Source: Candidatus Xenobia bacterium (GTDB lineage Bacteria > Vulcanimicrobiota > Xenobia > Xenobiales > QWHO01). Taken from it: a stretch of 64,000 nucleotides of DNA. The position numbers were made by a program, and so were the translations under genes. The stretch is taken from assembly GCA_045863235.1 (NCBI GenBank), contig BTUM01000012.1, forward strand, positions 1 to 64,000, read 5' to 3'. Below, in pieces: positions 19,969 to 27,485 of the stretch; positions within the stretch are counted from its first letter, which is position 1, and every line of letters starts with the position of its first letter. The notes beneath the pieces are model-generated. The model searched no databases, had not been told where the DNA came from, and was given only the letters and a program-made list of their open reading frames with translations.

Positions 19969-20092
19969 GGCGCCTACGAGGTTAGCTGACGGGCTCGGGT
20001 CGGAAGAGAGCTAGACCCGGAACGGCCGCGGCCGTTCTTCGCCCCGGGAATTTGGGTCCCCCGTTCCTCGCATCTTGCAAGGATTCGGCGTA
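19969..20092 (-). ncRNA. c-di-AMP riboswitch (ydaO/yuaA)
   Basis: Minus strand reads CGCCGAATCC...GGAACGGGGGACC...GGGGCGAA...CCCGAGCCCGTCAGCTAACCTCGTAGGCG, the ydaO consensus blocks in order. Confidence 0.92.
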
Positions 20093-20102
20093 AGGCTCCA
20101 TG

Positions 20103-20131
20103 ATTATATCGGACTCCAAGCTCAAGGTCCA
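20103..20131 (-). promoter_or_regulatory. Sigma70-type promoter for the riboswitch-ybdK transcript
   Basis: TGGACC-N17-TATAAT immediately upstream of the aptamer. Confidence 0.7.
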
Positions 20132-20167
20132 GTCTGGCCCGAATGTTCAACGGGCGGCGCCTTCTCT

Positions 20168-21568
20168 TCAGCGTGTGCTCTCCGAGTCGACGCACACGAG
20201 CATGTCGCCGGCATTGAGTCTGCGCTCCTCGGGGTTGATGACCACCTCGCCAGAGCCGGCGCTCTTGACAGCCAGAGGCAGGTAGCCCGTGCGTTTCCGG
20301 TAATCGCTGAGCAGTTCGGTGAAGGTCTTGCCGACATCCTCGGTATCGACCGGAAAAGTGGCCAGGGTGGTGCCGGTACCCGGACGCAAAAGGTCGTGCA
20401 GCACCGAAAGGTGGGCTTCGTCCAGGGCGGCCTGGGCCAGCAGATGGCCCGAGACCTCACGCGTGATCACCACCTGGTTCACGTTGCCCATGCGCAGATG
20501 ATGCTCGTTCATCGCGTTCGAGAGCTCGGCACAGGTGTAGATGCTGGGGTTGAGCTTCTCGATCGTGAGGGCGGCCAGCACCGTGCGAGCATCGGCATCC
20601 TGGCGAGTGCGGCTCATCCCGGTGTCGCTCACGATGATGGCGACTTTGGCACGGGTAATGTTCACCCGCTGCAAAACTTCCACCCGAGTGAAGTCGTCGC
20701 GCAACAGGCGCACCCTCTGGCGAGACGGCAGTCCGCGCATCTCGGGCAGCTCGTCGCGCTCAGTGATCACCACCACGTCCCGGTTGCGGAAACCGGGGTG
20801 GCTCTGAAGCTCCATCAGCATGGACTCCACTCCCGAGTTCCAGCCGCAGACCACGCAGTGGTCTTCCATCTCCTCGAACATCATCCGGGCCACAGCCGCC
20901 CCTTCTTTGAGTTTCTCCACCATGACCGCAGCCACGGTTCCGGTCAAGACCGCAAAAAAGCCCAGTCCCGCAAAAATCACGCACAGGATGATGAGCTTGC
21001 CCCCGAGCGTGGCCGGATACTGGTTGACGTACTCGCCCGCAAAGAGCGAGAACACCGTGGTCCAGAAGGCCTGCATCAAGGTGCCCGTGTTGTGGTGCTG
21101 AAGGTTCTCGAACATCTCCATGCCCAGAGTGCCGAACGTGACCGCGAACAGGATCAGGAAGAACAAGAGCATGTGCTCAGCGGCCCGGCGATGCAACAAC
21201 AGGCCGAAGGTGCGCGAGTTGGAGTGCAACAGCGAGGTCATCCGAATCAACCGGAACAGGCGGAAGAGCCGGAACAATCGCAGCACCCGGAAGATGGGGA
21301 TAATGGGCAGCAGAGCCAGAAGATCGAAGAAATACTCCTGGACGAAGCGCCGACGCCTGCGCATGGCCAGGTAGCGCAGGGTGAGCTCGACGACGAAGAG
21401 CCACAAGATGGCGTCGGAAAGGGTGCGCACCGTCCGATTGGCGCTGGAGCCGGGAGGACTGACCAGCTCGGCCGCCAGCAGCGCAACCGAAGCCAGGATG
21501 AGCGCCATCACGGTCAGGTCAAAAGCCGGGTGCTCGGTGATGCGCCGGGCCCGTTCGCGCACGGTCAT
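20168..21568 (-). CDS. 6TM ion channel with voltage-sensor-like S4 and C-terminal RCK (TrkA-N/C) domains
   Basis: S4 FRVLRLFRLFRLFRLIR; pore FWTTVFSLFAGEY..YPATLGGK; HCVVCGWN, DADARTVLAALT; start set at ATG 21568. Confidence 0.85.
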   Translation of the reverse strand: MTVRERARRITEHPAFDLTVMALILASVALLAAELVSPPGSSANRTVRTLSDAILWLFVVELTLRYLAMRRRRRFVQEYFFDLLALLPIIPIFRVLRLFRLFRLFRLIRMTSLLHSNSRTFGLLLHRRAAEHMLLFFLILFAVTFGTLGMEMFENLQHHNTGTLMQAFWTTVFSLFAGEYVNQYPATLGGKLIILCVIFAGLGFFAVLTGTVAAVMVEKLKEGAAVARMMFEEMEDHCVVCGWNSGVESMLMELQSHPGFRNRDVVVITERDELPEMRGLPSRQRVRLLRDDFTRVEVLQRVNITRAKVAIIVSDTGMSRTRQDADARTVLAALTIEKLNPSIYTCAELSNAMNEHHLRMGNVNQVVITREVSGHLLAQAALDEAHLSVLHDLLRPGTGTTLATFPVDTEDVGKTFTELLSDYRKRTGYLPLAVKSAGSGEVVINPEERRLNAGDMLVCVDSESTR

Positions 21569-21785
21569 GGATCGAGGCTTTGCTTCAGGGGTAGCTCTTC
21601 TCCTCGTTCGGACTGGAAAGCTCCCTTCTTGGCGGTGGGCCATGCTGCACCGCACAGCGCCCCGACAGGCTATCAAGGAAGCCCTCTCGCTCTTGGAAAG
21701 GGCCCAATTCTTGACGTGTAAGCTTTGGTCCAGGAGGCGGTTTGTGATGAGTCAAGCGATAACCCGGAGAGTAGAGACTGTGGTC

Positions 21786-22715
21786 TCAGGAGGATGGCTT
21801 TTCCTCGTTCGGGCCGGGAACTTCTTTCTCTTCGCGAGCGTGGAACATGATGTTCCCCTGCTGCACCGCATCCACTGCCCCGCCCAGCAGTCCTTTGAGG
21901 AAGGCCCCGTCACCGTAGACCCCGGCCAGCACCATCTCCTTGCCAAACGACAGGGGGATCACCCCCAGCGTGCGCGCCCAGCGGCGGGCGGTGGAGGGCG
22001 GCGTGTCCGGCGTCTCTCCGCGCAGGGCGCGACCGCGCTCGCCGATGTCCTCGGCCAGGTTGCGGAAGAACTGGCTGGTGCGCGGACCCACCACCGCTCC
22101 CAGGCCCGAGGCGGCCGTGCAGGCCAGGCCGGCCATCAGGGGGTCCATCGGGATGACACCGGCCGCCGCCAGCGAGGTGCCCACCGCGCAGCCGGCCAGG
22201 GCCCCCACCAGCAGACGCTTCTTCTCGCTGGGGAACTGGGCTCCCAGCAGGGCGCCCAGTCCACCCACCACCTTGGCCGGTCCCTCGAAGAAGGGCGAGG
22301 CCAGGATCAGCCCGTTCACCCCGCCGTCACGCACCACCGCGCGCGAGTCGGCCCGCAGGCCGGTGTAGGTGCCCAGCATGGCGCCACAGGTGGCCATGGC
22401 AACCGGCGAACCGCCCGTAATGAGGGTGGTGGCGGCTCCCACCGCGGCACCCGTGGCCGTCCCGGCCAGGGCTCCCACCCAGGGATTGTCGCCCAGGCGC
22501 CGGGCCAGCACCGCGGCCACGCCGGCGCTGCCCTGAATGGCCAGACCGGGCAGGTCCATCAGGTAGAACCCTTCGGTAGCCCCCTCGCAGGCCGACTGGA
22601 ACAGGTTGGGACGCTCGAAGTTCCCCGCCGTGGTGGATCGCGGCGAGGTATAGCGGTCGGCCGCCTGCAGGGCCTGACGAGCCTGACGAAAGACAGGGAG
22701 GCTGGAGAGCTCCAT
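21786..22715 (-). CDS. Hypothetical Gly/Ala-rich membrane-associated protein (glycine-zipper-like)
   Basis: 309-aa ORF with repeated GxxxG hydrophobic segments; preceded by the shared heptamer promoter. Confidence 0.75.
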   Translation of the reverse strand: MELSSLPVFRQARQALQAADRYTSPRSTTAGNFERPNLFQSACEGATEGFYLMDLPGLAIQGSAGVAAVLARRLGDNPWVGALAGTATGAAVGAATTLITGGSPVAMATCGAMLGTYTGLRADSRAVVRDGGVNGLILASPFFEGPAKVVGGLGALLGAQFPSEKKRLLVGALAGCAVGTSLAAAGVIPMDPLMAGLACTAASGLGAVVGPRTSQFFRNLAEDIGERGRALRGETPDTPPSTARRWARTLGVIPLSFGKEMVLAGVYGDGAFLKGLLGGAVDAVQQGNIMFHAREEKEVPGPNEEKPSS

Positions 22716-22725
22716 ACGTAGGGGG

Positions 22726-22759
22726 AGCGTAGCCCCGGGCTCGGAAAACTTCCTGAAAG
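22726..22759 (-). promoter_or_regulatory. Heptamer direct-repeat promoter CTTTCAG-N4-TTTTCCG-N10-TACGCT, 10 nt before ATG
   Basis: Read directly. Confidence 0.7.
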
Positions 22760-22792
22760 GGGATTTGGGGGCCGGCTGTCCAAAACCTGACG

Positions 22793-23317
22793 GTGAACAT
22801 CATCGCGCTCACCGTCGAGCAGCAGAAGTGGCTCAAGGCCCTGGCCGAGGAATGCCGGACGGTTCGAGGCCAGGCGACCGCCCTGTGCGATGGCTCGCGT
22901 CCCCCCACCGAGGCCGAGCTGGCCGCCCTGCGACAGCTCTACCAGAGTCACTCCGAAGGGCTGCTCTTTCGCTACGGCCAGACCGCCAGCTACCTCGAGC
23001 GCTCGGGGTTGAGCGGGCTACGCCAGGCACTGGAGGCCGAGCTCCAGGACGTGGCAGCGGCCCTGGCCATCTTCCAGCAGATCGAGGCCGACCGGCGTCG
23101 CCACCAGGCCGAGCGCTGGGCCGTGCAGCAACAGACCGAGCAGTACGTGGGCCGGATTTATCAGGAGGCCTCCCTGCGCCAGCAGCAGGCCTTCGATGAG
23201 CACAACCGGCGCTGGTCGGCGGTCTTCAATCAGCGCTGGGCCCATCCCGGCCTGTGCGCGTTTTGCCGTTCTCCCCTCAACCTCTGGGGAAGTTGCAGCT
23301 GGTGCTCATGGCGCTAG
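22793..23317 (+). CDS. Hypothetical coiled-coil protein with C-terminal zinc ribbon
   Basis: Q/E/R-rich helices; C-terminal CAFC...CSWC. Confidence 0.7.
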   Translation: MNIIALTVEQQKWLKALAEECRTVRGQATALCDGSRPPTEAELAALRQLYQSHSEGLLFRYGQTASYLERSGLSGLRQALEAELQDVAAALAIFQQIEADRRRHQAERWAVQQQTEQYVGRIYQEASLRQQQAFDEHNRRWSAVFNQRWAHPGLCAFCRSPLNLWGSCSWCSWR

Positions 23318-23592
23318 AGGATGAAGCAGCGCCGAACCTGATCATCCGCTCGGGCAAGTTCGTCTATCACCACTTCGATGACGAAGACTACCCCTTCGTG
23401 GTTTTCTGCTCGGAGAAGAGCTGCGTGCACTGGGTGGGCAACCCCGAGGCCTTCCCCCACTGGAGCGAGGATCTGCCGGTCAAGCTGGGCCTGCTGCGCT
23501 GCACGGTCTGCGGAGCCCCGGTGCTGCGCGCGCGAGATGCCGACTTGGAGGAGCCCGACGTCAGGGCTCCTGAGGAGCCAGATAGGGTTTGA
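23308..23592 (+). CDS. Small hypothetical Cys-rich protein
   Basis: ATG overlapping the upstream gene end; CSEKSC and CTVC pairs. Confidence 0.6.
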   Translation: MALEDEAAPNLIIRSGKFVYHHFDDEDYPFVVFCSEKSCVHWVGNPEAFPHWSEDLPVKLGLLRCTVCGAPVLRARDADLEEPDVRAPEEPDRV

Positions 23593-23989
23593 GGAACTTG
23601 CGGTTGGCGCGCACGAAACAGACCGTGCCGGCCTCTTCGTCCAGGTAGACGCGCAGCCAGGAATCGTTGTTCTCGTCCTTGACGATGATGTTGCCGGCCA
23701 GGTCGGGACAGGCCTTCAAGAGCACCCCCTTGGGGAAGGTGGCCACCTTGGGCCAGCGCCACAGGTCCCAGCGCACCTCGGCCCCGGAGACGAGCCAGTC
23801 CTCCGGCCAGTCGGCGTGCAACCGCCCGGCCAGCTCTTTGGCGACCACGATCCAGTCCGGCCAGGGCTGCTCGTTGCGCGTCCAGTAATCGCCGTTGCGC
23901 GCCGGGCGCGGGGGCTGGGCCAGAGCGCCGGCCAGCATCAAACCCAGCAACAGGCAAAAGATCATCATCCTGCGCATGGACGGTAGCAT
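23561..23989 (-). CDS. Hypothetical secreted protein
   Basis: Sec-like signal MRRMMIFCLLLGLMLAGALA; start may be 23977. Confidence 0.7.
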   Translation of the reverse strand: MLPSMRRMMIFCLLLGLMLAGALAQPPRPARNGDYWTRNEQPWPDWIVVAKELAGRLHADWPEDWLVSGAEVRWDLWRWPKVATFPKGVLLKACPDLAGNIIVKDENNDSWLRVYLDEEAGTVCFVRANRKFLKPYLAPQEP

Positions 23990-24140
23990 TCCGCCCTGTG
24001 AGCCCCTCCCCTACTTTTGGAAACATTTCGGCAAAAATGTTCACACTTTGTTCACATGTCGAGGTCGGCCCTCCAAACTGCTTTCCAAACTCGGGGGAGT
24101 AAATTAAGAAAAACAAACAAACGGGGTACGGAGGGTGTGT

Positions 24141-24356
24141 ATGACGGGACTGATCGGTAAGTATGCCAGCGACAAAGATGCGCGGCCCGACTGGGTTCAT
24201 CCGGTGCACACCGTGAGAATCTGGATTCCCGCCGACCCCGGGGCGTCGAGCCAGGAGGTCGAGAGCTCCTTGCAGGGGCCCGCCTCCGGAAACGGCACGA
24301 TCGAGCCGGGATCACACCCCTTTTCAACATTCACCGACAACGTAAAGCCCGCTTAA
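24141..24356 (+). CDS. Small hypothetical protein
   Basis: ATG behind GGAGGG and an A-rich leader; TGTTCACA direct repeat with 11-bp period upstream (24048..24066). Confidence 0.45.
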   Translation: MTGLIGKYASDKDARPDWVHPVHTVRIWIPADPGASSQEVESSLQGPASGNGTIEPGSHPFSTFTDNVKPA

Positions 24357-24403
24357 CGCACTCGGGCAAGGCCAGAGGCCGAGCCCTTGACCCGTCGAAG
24401 CGA

Positions 24404-24512
24404 GCTAATGTGCTCGCACTTTGGTCTTACACATTAGCACTATCTGACGAACGCGCCGGAACTGCGTTCCAGCGCGTTGCAAAGTGCAAGGCCAAGGGCC
24501 TGGCACTTTAGC
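24404..24512 (+). repeat. Dispersed structured intergenic element, copy B
   Basis: Consecutive hairpins; 24409..24455 matches the reverse complement of 42821..42867 at 41 of 47 positions (hand alignment). Confidence 0.75.
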
Positions 24513-26267
24513 ATGGGCTCGCTGGAGGACCTGCGCAAAGAGTGGCACGCGGCCTGGCCGCGAGCCCTCTCTTGTTGGAGCCCCTTCGTCAAGCTGACCG
24601 AGCCGCGCTTGTGCTTGACCGAGAAGCAGGCCCGCGAGGAAGGCCTCGAGCCGGGCGGACTGGCCCTGATCCGCCTCACCGACCAGGCCATCGTGGTGGC
24701 CCTGCACACCCTGCGCGACAAGAAGCTCGAGAACTTCGCGCTGGAGATCCTGGCTCACGAGGTGGGGCATCACATCTACGCCCCGGCCGACCTGGCCGAC
24801 CAGGCCCGGGCTCTCATCCGAGCCCGGCGCGGACTGCCCGGCCACGAGCACCAGGCTCCCATGATCGTGAATCTGTACCAGGATCTGCTCATCAACGACC
24901 GCCTCCAGCGCAGCGAGAAGCTCGACCTGGCCGGCGTCTTCGCCAGGCTCGAAGAGGGCCGGCCGCCTCAAGAGAAGGTGGGCTCGCTGTGGACGCTGTA
25001 CATGCGGATCTACGAAATCCTGTGGGCCCTGCGGCGAGGTACGCTGGCCCGCGGGACGGTCGACTCCGTCACCGAGGGGGACGCCCAGCTCGGGGCGCGG
25101 CTGGTGCGCTCCTATGCCCACGACTGGCTGCGCGGCTCGGGACGCTTCGCTGCTCTGTGCCTGCGCTACCTGATCGCCGATACCCAGGAGCAGCTCTCCA
25201 TCTTGCGCCCCCTGCTGGACGCCCTGAAGGCGGGCAAAGGGGGCGACTTCCCTCTGGGGCTGGGCGAGCTCGATCCGGGCGAGCTCGAGGAGTGCCGCCA
25301 TCCCAGCGAGGATCCCTCCCTGACCGGCCTGGGCGAGGGCGAGGACGAGTCGAGCGGCTCCGGGCACGGCCAGGGCCAGAGCCGCGAGCCCTTCGAGCTG
25401 GGGCAGGTGCTGCGCGAGCTCGGCCTGGACCTGAGCGACCACGACCTGGCCGTGCGTTACTATCGCGAGAAGGCGCTCCCCCACCTCATCACCTTCCCCC
25501 GGCGCGAGGTGCCCCTTTCCAAGGAGCCTCTGATGGAGGGGCTGGAGCCCTGGGACTTTGGCTCGCCCCTGGAAGACGTGGACTGGCTCGAAAGCGTGCT
25601 GGTCAGCCCGCGGGTCGTTCCCGGGGTGACCACCCGACAGCGCTTCTGGGGCGTGGAGGAGGGCACGCCTCCCCAGGTGGAGCCGATCGACCTCGACCTC
25701 TACATCGACTCCTCCGGCTCCATGCCCGACCCGCGCCGCAACATGAGCTACCTGGCCCTGGCCGGAGCCATCGTGACCCTCTCAGCCCTGCGGGCCGGCT
25801 CGGCGGTGCAGGCCACGCTCTGGAGCGGGCCCGGGCAGTTCCGCGCCACCCCCGGCTTCATCCGCGACGAGGAGGCGCTGATGCGCCTGATCACCGACGC
25901 CATCTGCGGCAGCACCGCCTTCCCCCTGCACATGCTCCGTACCACCTACAGCCAGCGTTCCGAGCGCGACCGGCCGGTGCACATCCTGGTGATCTCCGAC
26001 GACGGGGTGGACACCATGGGGGCCACCGACGAGCGCGGAACCCCCGGACTTGAGCTGGCCGCGATGGCGCTGCAGAAGGCCCGGGCCGGGGGCACGCTGG
26101 TGCTCAACCTGTGGAGCCAGGACGCCTTCAAGCAACCTTTCTTCGTGCAGGCCCGCCAGCTCGGGTTCGCCCTGCACCGGGTCACCGACTGGGCCGAGCT
26201 GGTTACTTTCGCGCGCGAGTTCAGCCGGCGCCAGTTCGGCCTCAAGGCCGGTTCGCGGTCAGGTTGA
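24513..26267 (+). CDS. HExxH metallopeptidase-like domain fused to a vWA domain
   Basis: LAHEVGHH at the N-terminus, acidic/Gly linker, MIDAS DSSGS, ILVISDDG. Confidence 0.8.
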   Translation: MGSLEDLRKEWHAAWPRALSCWSPFVKLTEPRLCLTEKQAREEGLEPGGLALIRLTDQAIVVALHTLRDKKLENFALEILAHEVGHHIYAPADLADQARALIRARRGLPGHEHQAPMIVNLYQDLLINDRLQRSEKLDLAGVFARLEEGRPPQEKVGSLWTLYMRIYEILWALRRGTLARGTVDSVTEGDAQLGARLVRSYAHDWLRGSGRFAALCLRYLIADTQEQLSILRPLLDALKAGKGGDFPLGLGELDPGELEECRHPSEDPSLTGLGEGEDESSGSGHGQGQSREPFELGQVLRELGLDLSDHDLAVRYYREKALPHLITFPRREVPLSKEPLMEGLEPWDFGSPLEDVDWLESVLVSPRVVPGVTTRQRFWGVEEGTPPQVEPIDLDLYIDSSGSMPDPRRNMSYLALAGAIVTLSALRAGSAVQATLWSGPGQFRATPGFIRDEEALMRLITDAICGSTAFPLHMLRTTYSQRSERDRPVHILVISDDGVDTMGATDERGTPGLELAAMALQKARAGGTLVLNLWSQDAFKQPFFVQARQLGFALHRVTDWAELVTFAREFSRRQFGLKAGSRSG

Positions 26268-26886
26268 GCTCCTCGGCCAGGCGGCGGGCCTGCTCCTCGC
26301 CCAGGGTCTCGCCGATGCGCAGCGAGGTTTGCTCCTCCCACAGCGCCAGTGATTCAGCGTAAGAAAGCCCCCGCTGGCGAGCCACCTTCAGCGCCTGGCG
26401 CAGAAACAGCCACTCCACCCGGTAGGCCTCCCGCTCCCCCGCGTTGCGCGAGTAGTGCTGGTCTTCGTGGACCAGGGTGGAAAGCGTCACCACCAGGTCG
26501 TAGTCGTGCACGCGCTTCTTGTCGCGCCAGACCATCGAGCCGAAGCAGAGGCGGGGGTTGAGCAGGATTCGGTCGCGCTCATCGGTGTAGCCGAAGGTCG
26601 AGCGCTCGCGGGGACGGGCGAAACTCAGGCCGTGCATCGAGCGCAGTCGGTTTTCTTGGAGCATGACGCGCAGCTTGCGGGTGGTGGAGGCGGACTGGCC
26701 ATCGGTCAGCTCGTCCCAGGCCTGCAGAGCGGTCAGCACCACCCGCCGCTCGGTCGGCTGCAGCTTGCGGCTGACGAAGCGCAGCCCCTCGCGGGTGGTC
26801 ACGTAGGCGGTGGCTGACAAGGCCATGGAAAAGCAGAACAGCACCCACACCCAGAGCGGAGGAAGGACCCAGAAGCGACGCTTCAC
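26242..26886 (-). CDS. Membrane-anchored HExxH protein (possible zincin)
   Basis: N-terminal TM, TLVHEDQH...GEREAY; GTG overlaps the upstream TGA. Confidence 0.65.
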   Translation of the reverse strand: MKRRFWVLPPLWVWVLFCFSMALSATAYVTTREGLRFVSRKLQPTERRVVLTALQAWDELTDGQSASTTRKLRVMLQENRLRSMHGLSFARPRERSTFGYTDERDRILLNPRLCFGSMVWRDKKRVHDYDLVVTLSTLVHEDQHYSRNAGEREAYRVEWLFLRQALKVARQRGLSYAESLALWEEQTSLRIGETLGEEQARRLAEELNLTANRP

Positions 26887-27485
26887 GGCCCATGCTCCGA
26901 CTGACACGAAAGCGTGTAGCGATCGGCCTTCGGAGAAACCTGGTAGGTGGCCGAGTAGCTGTCGATGGCGCTCTCGGGGCAGATGGGCGTGGCCTGCAGG
27001 TACTTTCCGTGCAGCTCGTCCAGGCTGGCCGGGTAACGGCCCTGGTGATCGCGGGCGTAGTCAGCCAGGGCCGAGCGCAGGATGTTCTGGTTGTTGCGGC
27101 AGCCCGCCGCGGTTCCGCCCGAGTAATAACGCTGGGTGGTGGGATAGAGCACCAGGCCGAACAGGCAGATTCCCAGCAGCAGCCCGACCAGGCCGGCTCG
27201 GGGAGAGGGCTGGTAGCAGGCCAGCCGATCCAGAGCCAGCCGGAAGGAGTGCCACCAGCCGGTCGGCCTCTGAGCCGCCAGCTGGATGCGAGCCCGCAGG
27301 TCGGCGGGCGGATCGGGCACCTGCCAGGCGTCGGCCGCCTGGAAGGTGACCCGCAGCTCGGCCAGGCTCTCCTGACAGCCCGCGCACCCGGTCAGGTGAG
27401 CCTGGAGACGCTCCACCTCGTCCGCCTCCAGGGCCTGGAGAACCAGGCCCGGCAGCTGCTCGCGGCACTCCTCGCAGGCGTTCAT
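26883..27485 (-). CDS. zf-HC2 zinc anti-sigma factor with TM and pseudopilin-like C-terminal domain
   Basis: CEEC...HLTGCAGC (HxxxCxxC); TM; CRNNQNILRSALADYARDHQGRYPASLDEL..KYL...PICP resembles pilin/GspG globular heads; ATGA overlap with the upstream gene. Confidence 0.8.
   Translation of the reverse strand: MNACEECREQLPGLVLQALEADEVERLQAHLTGCAGCQESLAELRVTFQAADAWQVPDPPADLRARIQLAAQRPTGWWHSFRLALDRLACYQPSPRAGLVGLLLGICLFGLVLYPTTQRYYSGGTAAGCRNNQNILRSALADYARDHQGRYPASLDELHGKYLQATPICPESAIDSYSATYQVSPKADRYTLSCQSEHGP

Noticed and set aside
24434..24460. CIRCE-like TTAGCACT half-site
   Set aside because: The second half GAGTGCTAA at 9-nt spacing is absent; also absent upstream of the GroES-like gene
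24444..24487. Hammerhead ribozyme core (CTGACGA followed by a stem)
   Set aside because: The stem is followed by TGCAAA, not the required GAAA
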